DNA of 64,000 bases from an uncultured Planctomycetota bacterium (GCA_963841915.1 CAWJEN010000006.1:1664001-1728000), one strand, 5' to 3'; positions 39,627 through 49,622 are shown, numbered from the stretch's first letter. A program made the numbers and translations. Notes: generated from the letters alone by a model not told the origin.

Positions 39627-40552
39627 CCGAAGTAAGCTCCAACATGAACCAGAACTCCAGTACATTTCGCCTCGGCGTGGTCGGCATCGACTCGTCGCAC
39701 CTCTCGGCCTTCACTTCGCGTATTGCCGACCTCAATGGCGCAGGTAAGACGGCCTGCCGGGTGACGCAGATGTGGACCGACGGCCGTCACGAGATGCCTG
39801 AAGAGGACGTGGCGACGTGGAAGGCCGACGCTGAGAAGCTTGGTGTTACGACGGCCGATTCACTTGACGCACTGCTCGACAACGTGGACGGCGTGATGGT
39901 GCTGGCCGTCAACGGCAACCGTCACCTGGAGCTGGCGCTGCCGTCGCTCAAGCGAGGCTTGCCGACATACGTGGACAAGCCGCTGACGTGCTCGCTGAGC
40001 GAGGCCAAGGAACTTCTCGCCGCCAGCCGAGGAGGCAACGCCCGGTGCTACTCGGCCAGCAGTCTTCGTTTCGTCCAGGAGCTCGAAACACTCGACCGCG
40101 GCGTGATCGGTAACGTCGTCGCTGTCGACGCCTTCGGCCCAGGCGAAGTCAACGACTCGATGGCCGGCCTGTTCTTCTACGGCGTGCACGCAATCGAACT
40201 CGTCGACGCCCTCATGGGTCCGGGCGTCGCAAGCGTGTCGTGCGTCAACGAGGCCGACCGCGACCTTGTCCGCCTGCGGTACAGCGACGGCCGCTTCGCC
40301 TCGATTCGGCTCGAACGCAAGGGCGGCTACGCGTTCGGTGCCACCGTGCACGGTGAGAAAGACGCGGCGTCCTTCGTCGTTGATTTTGCCCCGGTCTACG
40401 CCCGCCTCGTCGCCGGCATGTGCCGCTTCTTTGAAGGCGGCGACGCTCCGGTGGACCTGCGGGACATTGTCGAGAACGTCGCCGTCATGGAAGCCGGCAA
40501 CGCCTCGGCGGCGGCGGGCGGTGCCTGGGTCGACGTGGAAACCATCTCATGA
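39623..40552 (+). CDS. Gfo/Idh/MocA-like oxidoreductase
   Basis: GIDSSH, YVDKPL, SASSLRF, FFYGVHAIE; start 39623 or 39644. Confidence 0.85.
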   Translation: MTEVSSNMNQNSSTFRLGVVGIDSSHLSAFTSRIADLNGAGKTACRVTQMWTDGRHEMPEEDVATWKADAEKLGVTTADSLDALLDNVDGVMVLAVNGNRHLELALPSLKRGLPTYVDKPLTCSLSEAKELLAASRGGNARCYSASSLRFVQELETLDRGVIGNVVAVDAFGPGEVNDSMAGLFFYGVHAIELVDALMGPGVASVSCVNEADRDLVRLRYSDGRFASIRLERKGGYAFGATVHGEKDAASFVVDFAPVYARLVAGMCRFFEGGDAPVDLRDIVENVAVMEAGNASAAAGGAWVDVETIS

Positions 40553-42585
40553 AACACGCGCTTCTCATCGTGCTGACGTGCCTGCTCGTCGGCTGCGAGT
40601 CCAAGCGGTACACGCCGCCCGCTATGCCTGCCGTAGAGCCTTTGGTGCAGCTCGAACCGATGTCGCTCGACGATGCCCTTGCTCAGCTGGACGATCGGCC
40701 GCGTTGGGACGCGTTCCCACCGCTTGACCTGCCACGACATCCGGCCGAGACATACCTCAAAGGCCTGACCATCGTCCTCGATCCCGGTCACGGCGGCGAC
40801 GCGCATCTGCCCGGCTTCAAACGCGGCCCGACCGGTGTCCGCGAGGCCGAGATCAACCTGCGGGTCGCCCTGCTTTTGCAAAAGCTGCTCGAAGATGCGG
40901 GCGTGCAGGTTGTGCTCACCCGCAACGTTGACCGCGACCTGTCGCTCGCCGACCGAGCCGCCGTCGCCAACAAGGCGAAGGCTGACTTGTTCCTGTCGCT
41001 GCACCACAACGCCAGCGACACGCCGACCGTTAACTACACGAGCATCTGGGTCCACGGCGATCTGGCCGACGCGCCACCCGGATTCGACGCCGCCCGACAC
41101 GTCGCTGCCGGGCTCGGCAAGTACCTGCGGACCGATGTCGACTACACGTCGCCCATCATGAGTGATCGCCAGATGTACGAGTCCGGCTTTGGCGTGCTGC
41201 GCGGTGCCGACGTGCCGGCCATGCTCGTCGAGGCCAGCTTTCATTCAAACCCTAATGAAGAACAGCGTCTCGCCGACGCCCGGCACAACCTCCGCGAGGC
41301 GTACGGCATCTACGAAGGCCTCTGCAATTGGGCCCTGGGCGGCAGGCCGAGCCAACGCGTCACGATCGACAACGACTCCTTCGCTGCAGATCTTTCGACC
41401 GGATTGCCCGGCTGGTGGGGCGATGAGTTCCGCGGGCCGTTGATCGCCTCGATCAGCGTGACAATCGACGGCAAGCGTGTGCCGCACCTTTACGATGCCG
41501 ACTCTCGCCGCGTCACCGCAGATGTACCCGCGGACGCTGAGCAGATCGAGCTGTTCCACCTCAACACCAACGGCCACGCCAATTGGCCGCGGATCTACGA
41601 CGTGAAGCCCGACGACCCGACGACGCAACCTGTCACCGATGCCGGCCAGCCGTGGCTGAAAGCTGGAACCGCCAAGCTGCCGTTCGTCTTGCTCGACGGC
41701 GGGGCGACGGCCACGTCGCAAACCACACTCGACGCCTTCGAACTTCCGGCTGGCAGCGCGCTCACCATCGCCCGCGTCGATCGGGTGGGTGATGTGCGGG
41801 CGCTGCGGTGGCGTGACACCGGCGACGTCGGCTTTTACCCGGCCAGCACCGTCAAACTCGCGACCGCGCTCATGACGCTGCGGCAGCTTCGTGATCTCGA
41901 TGCCGACGTCTTGCCCGAGGCGTGGCAGGTCTCACTCGACGGCTCGCCGCCTGCGAACGTGATGAAGCTGCTGCGCGTCATGATCGCCGACAGCGATAAC
42001 GAGGCGTTCAACACGCTGCAGGAAGTCGCCGGCTTTGCCGAGACGAGCGACTTTCTGAAGAAGATCGGCTGCGACACGCTGACCATCCGCCGTCACTTCA
42101 CGCGGCCACACTGGAACTACAGCCGTCCGGCCGTCTTGACGCGGGGCGACGGCACGACGGTCGACATCGCCGCGCGACCCGCGCCCGACACGCCGCTTAA
42201 CGCAGCCGGTGGCGAGTCGAACTGGTCGACCACGGACGACTTCGTGAAGCTGCTCGCGGCGACCTTCTTCACCGACGCCCGTGAGCTTCCCGGCTTCGAC
42301 GTGCTGGCTGAGGCGATGCGAGAGAACAACGAGCCGTTCATCGGCAGGGGCCTGGAGCCGCTAGGCGGATTCACCACTTTCGGCAAGCCCGGCTGGTGGC
42401 CCCCGGACGGCAACTTCGTCGACGCCGCCTACGCCTACGACGCCAGGGAAGACGCTCACTACCTCGTCTCGATCTACTGGCAAGGCGGCGGTGGCGAAGA
42501 CGAACTGCAGGGCGCCCGCGACGGCATCGCCGGCGTCGTCCGCCGCGTCTTCACCGCCATCCGCGCGGGGGAGATTCGACTATGA
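40549..42585 (+). CDS. Lipoprotein: N-acetylmuramoyl-L-alanine amidase (Amidase_3) fused to a beta-lactamase/PBP-like serine hydrolase
   Basis: LLVGC lipobox; LDPGHGG, EAEINL, SLHHNA, LVEASF; C-terminal PASTVK (SxxK), SDN, KPG. Confidence 0.88.
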   Translation: MKHALLIVLTCLLVGCESKRYTPPAMPAVEPLVQLEPMSLDDALAQLDDRPRWDAFPPLDLPRHPAETYLKGLTIVLDPGHGGDAHLPGFKRGPTGVREAEINLRVALLLQKLLEDAGVQVVLTRNVDRDLSLADRAAVANKAKADLFLSLHHNASDTPTVNYTSIWVHGDLADAPPGFDAARHVAAGLGKYLRTDVDYTSPIMSDRQMYESGFGVLRGADVPAMLVEASFHSNPNEEQRLADARHNLREAYGIYEGLCNWALGGRPSQRVTIDNDSFAADLSTGLPGWWGDEFRGPLIASISVTIDGKRVPHLYDADSRRVTADVPADAEQIELFHLNTNGHANWPRIYDVKPDDPTTQPVTDAGQPWLKAGTAKLPFVLLDGGATATSQTTLDAFELPAGSALTIARVDRVGDVRALRWRDTGDVGFYPASTVKLATALMTLRQLRDLDADVLPEAWQVSLDGSPPANVMKLLRVMIADSDNEAFNTLQEVAGFAETSDFLKKIGCDTLTIRRHFTRPHWNYSRPAVLTRGDGTTVDIAARPAPDTPLNAAGGESNWSTTDDFVKLLAATFFTDARELPGFDVLAEAMRENNEPFIGRGLEPLGGFTTFGKPGWWPPDGNFVDAAYAYDAREDAHYLVSIYWQGGGGEDELQGARDGIAGVVRRVFTAIRAGEIRL

Positions 42586-43424
42586 AGCGACACCTCGTCA
42601 CGCGACTTGCCAGCGTCGGCTTCGTGACCTTTTGCTGCCTGGCGGTCGGCTGTGCATCCCAGGCGACGCCGACGACGCAACCCAACGCCGAGCAGTTCGA
42701 CGTGCAGGCCGTCGAGCTGTCGACGCCCGACGGCATCGCCCGCGGACAGGTGGCGGTGATCGACCTGACGGATCCGTCGATCGAGGTCAAGACGCTCATC
42801 CCGTTCGAGAGCGGGCTGCGGCTCGATCTACGGACGACTGAATCGCTTGTCCGCGACGGCACCGTCGATCTGGCCGTCAACGCCAACTACTTCGGAAACG
42901 ACGGCATCGTCGGCTTATCGGTCGTTGACGGCCAGGCCGTGAACCCGGCCCGCGGTAGCGACCCGGTGCTGCTTATCCGCGACGGCTCCGCTGAGGTGCG
43001 GTACGGGCCGGGTGACCTCACGGGCGTGCAACAGGCGGTTGCGGGCGTCGGGCCCAACGCCACGATCTTGATCGGCACAATGCTCGTCCTCGACGGCGAG
43101 AACCTTGGCAAAACCGCCCGCGTCGAGCCGTTGAACCGTCACCCGCGAACGGCCGTCGGCGTCGACCGCTCTGGCAAGCAATTGATTTTGATGGTTATCG
43201 ACGGCCGCCAACCCGACCACAGCGTCGGCGTCACGCTGCCCGAATTGGCCGAGGCGATGATCGCGCAAGGCGTTGACGACGCCATCAATCTGGACGGTGG
43301 CGGCTCGTCGGTCTTGGCGTGGCGCGACGGGTCAGCCGTCCGAACCACGCAGCAGAGTCAAGACGAACATCGGCGTGTTCCCGTCCACCTTGGCGTGCGG
43401 CGGACGAACGATCGTGTAGAGTGA
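42582..43424 (+). CDS. Phosphodiester glycosidase (NAGPA/DUF2233 family) lipoprotein
   Basis: LAVGC, AVNANYF, HPRTAVG, DGRQ, AINLDGGGSS. Confidence 0.88.
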   Translation: MKRHLVTRLASVGFVTFCCLAVGCASQATPTTQPNAEQFDVQAVELSTPDGIARGQVAVIDLTDPSIEVKTLIPFESGLRLDLRTTESLVRDGTVDLAVNANYFGNDGIVGLSVVDGQAVNPARGSDPVLLIRDGSAEVRYGPGDLTGVQQAVAGVGPNATILIGTMLVLDGENLGKTARVEPLNRHPRTAVGVDRSGKQLILMVIDGRQPDHSVGVTLPELAEAMIAQGVDDAINLDGGGSSVLAWRDGSAVRTTQQSQDEHRRVPVHLGVRRTNDRVE

Positions 43425-43433
43425 GCCAAGGCG

Positions 43434-44573
43434 ATGATCCGTGCTAAAGCCGACAACCCCGCAGGAGCACCGCTGATGCCGGTCCACGCAGAAGCGGGCA
43501 AGCCGCTGTACGTCGTGGCCCGCGATGCTATCCGGTCGGCCATCGACGACGGTCTGTTCGAGCCGGGCCAACGCATGCCGTCGACCGCCAACATTTCGCG
43601 TCAGATGAAGGTCTCGCTCGTCACCGCACACCGCGCTCTGGGCGAATTGGTTGGAGACGGCCTGCTGAATCGACAGCAAGGTCGTGGGACGTTCGTCCGG
43701 CGAAGCGTTGGGGCAGAAACGCAAACCGTCCGCGCCGCCGGTCGCGTGGGACTTGTCGTTCACAAAGAAAGTTCGCTGGCCGACCACTTCCACGGGCAAG
43801 TGCTCGAGGGCGTACGGCAGGCGGCGCGGGCGGCGCACCTGGACTTGATGCTGCTCCGATTCGGCGACGACCTGCGGCGCGAGTGCGACGGCTTTTTATG
43901 GGTCAACCCGCTGCCTGGCGAGGTGGCGGAGATGCGGCGGCGGAGCGGGAACAGGCCTTGCGTCATCGCCGGGGCCAAGGTGCCGCCCGAGCTGGCTGAA
44001 ACCGTCGCTGCCGTTGATGCCGACAATCGCGGCCTGGCAGAGACGGCGACGAAGCACCTGCTCGACCTCGGCCACCGCCGGCTGGGCTACGTCGGCGGCG
44101 GGGCACACGACGACGCAGCCAGCAACGCCCGCGACCGCCGACTCGGATTCAACACCGCCTGTGCCAAGCGAAGCGTCAGCGTCTGCCCTTGCAACACGCT
44201 CGACGCCAAGGCGTGGCGTCTGGAGCCGAGCGAGCGACAGCGGCTGGTCGAGATGCTCCGCGGTGACGAGCGACCGACGGCCATATTTGCCGCTGGTTAC
44301 TACTACGCACTCGACGTGTACACCGCCGCGAGCGAGGCCGGCCTCTCCTTGCCGGGCGACTTGAGCGTGGTAGGCGTCGACGATCCGCCCTCAGCGGCGC
44401 ACCTGTCTCCGCCACTGACAACGATGCGACAGCCGTTGGTTCGGCTCGGGCATGCTGCGGTCGCGGCGCTGGTCAAGCAGCTCAGCGGTGAGGCCGTCGA
44501 CCACACGATCTCGCGCAGGCGGTCACTGTTTGCCGAGCTCATCATCCGTGGCAGTACAGGTCCTGCGGCATGA
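43434..44573 (+). CDS. GntR-HTH / LacI-type effector domain transcriptional regulator (AraR-like architecture)
   Basis: GQRMPST..VSLVTAHRAL..QQGRGTFV; LGHRRLGY, DLSVVGVDD, PPLTTMRQP. Confidence 0.9.
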   Translation: MIRAKADNPAGAPLMPVHAEAGKPLYVVARDAIRSAIDDGLFEPGQRMPSTANISRQMKVSLVTAHRALGELVGDGLLNRQQGRGTFVRRSVGAETQTVRAAGRVGLVVHKESSLADHFHGQVLEGVRQAARAAHLDLMLLRFGDDLRRECDGFLWVNPLPGEVAEMRRRSGNRPCVIAGAKVPPELAETVAAVDADNRGLAETATKHLLDLGHRRLGYVGGGAHDDAASNARDRRLGFNTACAKRSVSVCPCNTLDAKAWRLEPSERQRLVEMLRGDERPTAIFAAGYYYALDVYTAASEAGLSLPGDLSVVGVDDPPSAAHLSPPLTTMRQPLVRLGHAAVAALVKQLSGEAVDHTISRRRSLFAELIIRGSTGPAA

Positions 44574-46219
44574 GTCAGGTGCTCGAGACAGACGTCCTTG
44601 TCGTCGGTGGCGGCACGGGTGGTGTCGCGGCAGCGCTTGCCGTGGCAGAGGCCGGCCGGTCGTGCATCATCGTCGAGCCGACCACATGGCTGGGCGGGCA
44701 GCTTACCAGCCAGGCCGTTCCGCCCGACGAGCACAAGTGGATCGAGGGCAACGACGGCTTCAGCGGCTGCACGCGGTCGTACAGTGACTTCCGCCGCCGC
44801 GTCCGGCAGTGGTATCGATCGCATGGCAACCTCACGCCTGAAGCCGCGGCTGACCCGCACCTCAACCCCGGCGGCGGATGGGTCAGCCGACTGTGCTTCG
44901 ACCCACGCGTCGGTGTCAGCGTTATTGATGACTTGCTCGCACCACACGTTGCCGCGGGCCGCGTGCGGGTGCTGTACGAGAGCCGGCCTGTTTCGGCCGA
45001 CGTGGATCGCGAACACGTCCGAACGGCCACAGTCCGTCAGGAGAGTGGCCGGGAACTGGTCATCGCAGCGAGCTATTTTCTTGACGCGACGGAGTTTGGC
45101 GACTTGTACCCGCTCGTCGGGTTGCCGTTCATGCTCGGGGCCGAGGGTGCGGACGTTTTCGGTGAGCTGCACGGCCGGGGCGACCTCGGCCGCGAGACGG
45201 ACGCAAACGATCAGCAGGCGGTCACGTGGTGCTTCGCCGTCGAGCATCGCCCCGGCGAAGATCACACGATCACGAAGCCGACGACGTATGCGGCGTGGCG
45301 AGATTTCGTGCCCGACCTGACACCGCCTTGGCCGGGGCCGTTATTTTCCTGGCAGATCGATGATGCGGAACATCCGCGGACGCTCCGCATGATCCCGCCA
45401 CCGGCCGAGTCGGGTGACGAGCTGGAGCTGTGGCGGTATCGCCGCATCGTCGACTCAAGCGCACACATCGACGGTCGCGGTGACGTGTGTTTGTGGAACA
45501 CGGTGCAGACGGACTACTTTCGATCGCCCGCCGTTTTACCAGGGACCGACCCGTACGCCGGCCGCGCCGACGCCATGGCCGCAACGCGCGAGTTGTCACG
45601 TTGCTTCCTCTACTGGTTGCAGACGGACGCCCCACGACACGACGGCGGCACCGGCTATCCGGGACTGCTGCCACGAGGCGACGTGCTGGGCACGAACGAC
45701 GGCCTGGCGATGGCGTGCTACGTCCGGGAACCGCGCCGCCTGATTGCCCAGACCATCGTGACAGAGGCCCACGTCGGCGTGGATCAACGCAAGGCCGAGG
45801 GTAAAGAGACCACCCGAGGCGAACGCTTCGCTGACTCGATCGGCATCGGGCACTACATGATCGATCTGCACCCGACAGCCGCGGGGCGCAACAGTGTCTA
45901 CGTCGAGGCTGCCCCATTTGAGCTGCCGATGGGAGCGTTGCTGCCCGAACAGGGCGGTTCCGGCTGGCGCAACGTCATCGCCGCCGGCAAGGCGATAGGC
46001 GTCAGCCACGTCGCCAACGGCTGCACGCGGCTGCACCCGGTCGAGTGGGTGATCGGCGAGGCCGCGGGCTCGCTGGCCGCGTGGTGCGTGAACGAGAAGA
46101 CACAGCCACACGTTGTGCGGCACGCGACGTCGTCTGCCGGCACATCAGGAGCAACTTTCAAGGATCACCTCCTCGGACGAGGCCAGGAACTGTTGTGGCC
46201 GGAGCGTCAATTAGATTGA
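44570..46219 (+). CDS. FAD-dependent oxidoreductase (FAD_oxidored family)
   Basis: VVGGGTGGVAAA, WLGGQLTSQAVPPDE, DATEFGD, YVREPRRL, RLHPVEWVIGEAAG. Confidence 0.88.
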   Translation: MSQVLETDVLVVGGGTGGVAAALAVAEAGRSCIIVEPTTWLGGQLTSQAVPPDEHKWIEGNDGFSGCTRSYSDFRRRVRQWYRSHGNLTPEAAADPHLNPGGGWVSRLCFDPRVGVSVIDDLLAPHVAAGRVRVLYESRPVSADVDREHVRTATVRQESGRELVIAASYFLDATEFGDLYPLVGLPFMLGAEGADVFGELHGRGDLGRETDANDQQAVTWCFAVEHRPGEDHTITKPTTYAAWRDFVPDLTPPWPGPLFSWQIDDAEHPRTLRMIPPPAESGDELELWRYRRIVDSSAHIDGRGDVCLWNTVQTDYFRSPAVLPGTDPYAGRADAMAATRELSRCFLYWLQTDAPRHDGGTGYPGLLPRGDVLGTNDGLAMACYVREPRRLIAQTIVTEAHVGVDQRKAEGKETTRGERFADSIGIGHYMIDLHPTAAGRNSVYVEAAPFELPMGALLPEQGGSGWRNVIAAGKAIGVSHVANGCTRLHPVEWVIGEAAGSLAAWCVNEKTQPHVVRHATSSAGTSGATFKDHLLGRGQELLWPERQLD

Positions 46220-46260
46220 CACCGGGCGGGAGTGTGGTAGGTTGAGCATTATATAAGAAT
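46216..46260 (+). promoter_or_regulatory. sigma70 promoter TTGACA-N16-TAGGTT (extended TG) followed by operator CATTATATAAGAAT
   Basis: Hexamers at 46216 and 46238; operator at 46247-46260, near the predicted +1. Confidence 0.65.
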
Positions 46261-46352
46261 CCGGGCGGCGAAGGCTGACGAATGTTCGTCACGGTCACGC
46301 TTCGAGCAAGACCTTTGCCTCGCCCGCTCAACTTTGTGGAGAAGGAGAAACC

Positions 46353-47303
46353 ATGCTCATGAAGAACGCGACTCTCGCCATCACGACGGCAGCCCTTGCG
46401 GGTCTGGCCACCAGCGCCTCGGCTCAGGTCATTGCGGCCGACAGCTTCGTCACCGACGAAGGTGCCGGCACGTACGTCGACAACTCCGGCCTCAACGGAC
46501 AGAATGCCACGGTCGGCACGACCGGCTTCAGCACCGCCTGGAGCGTCGGCAGCGCCAACCTGCAGCCCGACACCATCACGCTGACGCAGCCCCCGACGAC
46601 CGATCAGTACGCCACCGGCGGCAAAGGCTCGTACATCGGCAGCAGCTTCAACGCCTTCCGCCGCGGCTTCCGTGCGGTTGACAGCTACACCCCTGTCGCC
46701 GATGGCGGTGACTACTGGATGAGCTTCCTCGTCAACTCCGGCGGTCAGTTCGTCGCCGGTGGTCGTACCGACGGCTACGCACTCGTCGGCTACACGAACT
46801 TCTTCAACCAAGCAGCCTTCGAGAACCAGGCCGGCAGCGCCAACGCCTTCGGCCTGCAGGTCGGCTACAAGGGCAACGGCGGCGGTGCCGCTGGTGACTT
46901 CGACCTCATCGTCCGTGCCCGTGACGGCAGCGGTGACCTGACCGACTTCGTCCTTGATGACACGCCCGTCGCCGGTGCGACGAACCTGATCGTCCTCAAG
47001 GTTTCGGCCGGTGCCGGCGCCGACGTCGTCGACTACTGGGTCGACCCGGGCGACGCCTCCAGCGAGGTCGCGCTCGACCTGACTGCCGCCTCGAGTGGCA
47101 CGCTCAACACGTTTGCCTTCAACACGCCCAGCGACGTTGATCGCCTCAACGTGCTGACGACGAACTGGTCGCGTGGCTTCTTCTATGACGAGGCCCGCTT
47201 CGCCTACGACCTGGCCGGCGCTGTGCCGGTTCCGGAACCCACGACTGCTGGCGTTGCCCTGATCGCCGCCGGTGGCCTGCTGGCCCGCCGCCGTCGCGCC
47301 TGA
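46353..47303 (+). CDS. PEP-CTERM surface protein of unknown function
   Basis: AAGGAG RBS, signal peptide, beta-rich domain, VPEPTT..LLARRRRA. Confidence 0.88.
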   Translation: MLMKNATLAITTAALAGLATSASAQVIAADSFVTDEGAGTYVDNSGLNGQNATVGTTGFSTAWSVGSANLQPDTITLTQPPTTDQYATGGKGSYIGSSFNAFRRGFRAVDSYTPVADGGDYWMSFLVNSGGQFVAGGRTDGYALVGYTNFFNQAAFENQAGSANAFGLQVGYKGNGGGAAGDFDLIVRARDGSGDLTDFVLDDTPVAGATNLIVLKVSAGAGADVVDYWVDPGDASSEVALDLTAASSGTLNTFAFNTPSDVDRLNVLTTNWSRGFFYDEARFAYDLAGAVPVPEPTTAGVALIAAGGLLARRRRA

Positions 47304-47385
47304 ATGAGTTTCAGCCACCGCTCGCTCAACCGCGATCGGCGGCCTTTGCGGCACCGTCCGCTTTCCCTTGCCTCTTGGAGTTGGA

Positions 47386-48567
47386 ATGAAAAAGCAAACA
47401 CTCGCCGCCTTGGCCCCCGTTGTCGTCGCCGCCTTTGCCGTGCCCGCCTCGGCACAGCTCATCGCTTCCGATAGCTTCATCGTCGGACCTGGCTCCGACA
47501 CCTATGACGACGGCTTCGGCAATCGCATCGACACAAACAATGTGATCGTCGGCACAACGGGCTTCTCCCAGCCATTTGTCTCCGGCAGTGCCAACTTCTT
47601 CACCAGTGACATCACGCTCGACGTCCCACCGGCCACTGACAACTACGCCGTCGGTGGCAAGGGTGCCTACGGCGCCAGCAGCTTCAACGCCTTCCGCCGT
47701 GCGTTCCGTGAGCTCGATGCTTACACGCCCGTCGCCAACAGTGGCGGTGACTACTACATGAGCTTCCTCATGAACTCGGGCGGTTCGTTCCTTGGCAGCG
47801 GCCTGACCAACGGCTACGCGCTGGCCGGCTACACGAACTTCTTCGACGTCAACGCATTCGCCAACGTCAGCGGCAGCGCCAACGTCTTTGGCCTGCAGGT
47901 CGGTTACAAAGGAGACGGCACCGGTGCCGATGACGGCTTCGACGTCGTGCTCCGCGCCCGCGGCCTCAGCGGTGATCTCGAGGACACCTTCATCTCCAGC
48001 GGCGTCGCCAACCGCGACGACCTCCTCGTCCTGAAGGTCTCACCGACTGCTGCCGAGGATCAGGTCACCTACTGGCTCAACCCGACGCAAACGACCAGCG
48101 ACGCGACCTTGACGAGCACCGCTATCGCCAGCGGCTCGGTGGCGACGAACTCGTTCAACACGCCCGGCGACGTCGATCGCTTCAACGTGCTGACCGCTAA
48201 CTGGGCCCGCAGCTTGTTCTTCGACGAGCCGCGTTTCGCCTACGACATCGACAGCCTCTTCGACAACCAGACGATGCGTCTACCCGGCGATGCCAACAAC
48301 GACGGCACCGTCAGCATCCTCGACTTCGCCATCCTGCGGGCCAACTTCGGCAGCAACATGGCCACCTTCGACACCGCCGACTTTAACGGTGACGGCATCG
48401 TCAACATTCTCGACTTTGCCATCCTTCGCGCCAACTTCGGCACGAGCCTGACACCGGCCCAGCTGGCCTCGGTCGACGCCTGGTACGCCACCGTCGTCCC
48501 CGAGCCGACCACGCTTGCCTTTGCCGGCCTGGCCGGTCTTGGCCTGCTGCGTCGCCGCCGGGCCTGA
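47386..48567 (+). CDS. PEP-CTERM paralogue with dockerin-like insertion
   Basis: Shares SFNAFRR, DYxMSFL, GYTNFF, FGLQVGYKG, DRxNVLTxNW with 46353; GDANNDGTVSILDF x2; VPEPTT..RRRRA. Confidence 0.88.
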   Translation: MKKQTLAALAPVVVAAFAVPASAQLIASDSFIVGPGSDTYDDGFGNRIDTNNVIVGTTGFSQPFVSGSANFFTSDITLDVPPATDNYAVGGKGAYGASSFNAFRRAFRELDAYTPVANSGGDYYMSFLMNSGGSFLGSGLTNGYALAGYTNFFDVNAFANVSGSANVFGLQVGYKGDGTGADDGFDVVLRARGLSGDLEDTFISSGVANRDDLLVLKVSPTAAEDQVTYWLNPTQTTSDATLTSTAIASGSVATNSFNTPGDVDRFNVLTANWARSLFFDEPRFAYDIDSLFDNQTMRLPGDANNDGTVSILDFAILRANFGSNMATFDTADFNGDGIVNILDFAILRANFGTSLTPAQLASVDAWYATVVPEPTTLAFAGLAGLGLLRRRRA

Positions 48568-48577
48568 AGCCACACAC

Positions 48578-48607
48578 GCGTGCGGGGTCCTACCGGGCCC
48601 CGCACGC
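48578..48607 (+). terminator. Hairpin after the PEP-CTERM pair
   Basis: GCGTGCGGGGTCC-tacc-GGGCCCCGCACGC; no U-tract. Confidence 0.55.
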
Positions 48608-48641
48608 CATTACAAACCACCCTCGCTCCGAGGACTTGATC

Positions 48642-49622
48642 ATGACTATGACCCCACGCCGTTCATTCCGCACACACGTCCGCGGTTTCACGCTCGTAGA
48701 GCTACTCGTGGTCATCGGCATCATCGCCTTGCTGGTGGGCATTCTGCTGCCGACGCTGAGTCGGGCCAGGCAGTCGGCGAGCGACGTTGCATGTGCTAGC
48801 AACATGCGTCAGCTCGCGGTGTCGATGACGAACTACTCGATCGACTTCAACTCGAAGTATTCGACGAACCTGTACAACGTTCCACGTGATCCGGCCAACC
48901 CATTCGCGGGTGAAGGACCGCTCGAATGGGCAAGTGCTGATCGCATCGGCATTTATCTGCCCAAGGACGACCTGGCCGCCGGTACGGACAACCTGCTCGG
49001 CGGTATCTTCGTCTGCCCGTCGGACGAGGCCGAGGCGCTGCGGTCCTACGGCATGAACACCTTCGCCAGTAGTGACCTGCATAAAGGCGCAATTGGGCCG
49101 GACTCCAACGGCTACACGGGACTGCGCCTGGATGAATACAACGCACTCGTCGGCAACGTACAAGCTTCGACCGGGTTGCCGCGCGGTTCGCAGTGGAACT
49201 CGACGGTCTCTGATCCGACGAGCATGATCCTCTTTGGAGAGACTTGGCAGATCGCGTCGGATGCCGCTGGCACCTATGGGCGTGTCATCATCGGCGGATC
49301 GCACGGCATAACGCCCGCCGAAAAGTTCATCCAAGTGGTCTCGACAGCTCCCTACCCGAACACAGGCACACTGGCCCCTGGTCGCGTCGCAACCGACATC
49401 GACTACTCGCGTCACGGCCGCGACACTCCGGAGCCGACGCAGCCGCAAGTCAAAGGCGCAGCAGCAAACTTCGTCTTCGCTGACGGCCACGTCGAGAAGC
49501 TTGACTCCACCGCCTTGGCCATCGTTAACGATCCGTCTGACCCGACCACCTGGATCAGCACCGGCAAAGCCAAGTGGTCACCGCTCGACGTCAAACTTAC
49601 GGAGTACGAAGCATCGCGTTGA
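48642..49622 (+). CDS. Prepilin-type N-terminal methylation / DUF1559-like protein
   Basis: [54 protein letters not shown]. Confidence 0.9.
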   Translation: MTMTPRRSFRTHVRGFTLVELLVVIGIIALLVGILLPTLSRARQSASDVACASNMRQLAVSMTNYSIDFNSKYSTNLYNVPRDPANPFAGEGPLEWASADRIGIYLPKDDLAAGTDNLLGGIFVCPSDEAEALRSYGMNTFASSDLHKGAIGPDSNGYTGLRLDEYNALVGNVQASTGLPRGSQWNSTVSDPTSMILFGETWQIASDAAGTYGRVIIGGSHGITPAEKFIQVVSTAPYPNTGTLAPGRVATDIDYSRHGRDTPEPTQPQVKGAAANFVFADGHVEKLDSTALAIVNDPSDPTTWISTGKAKWSPLDVKLTEYEASR

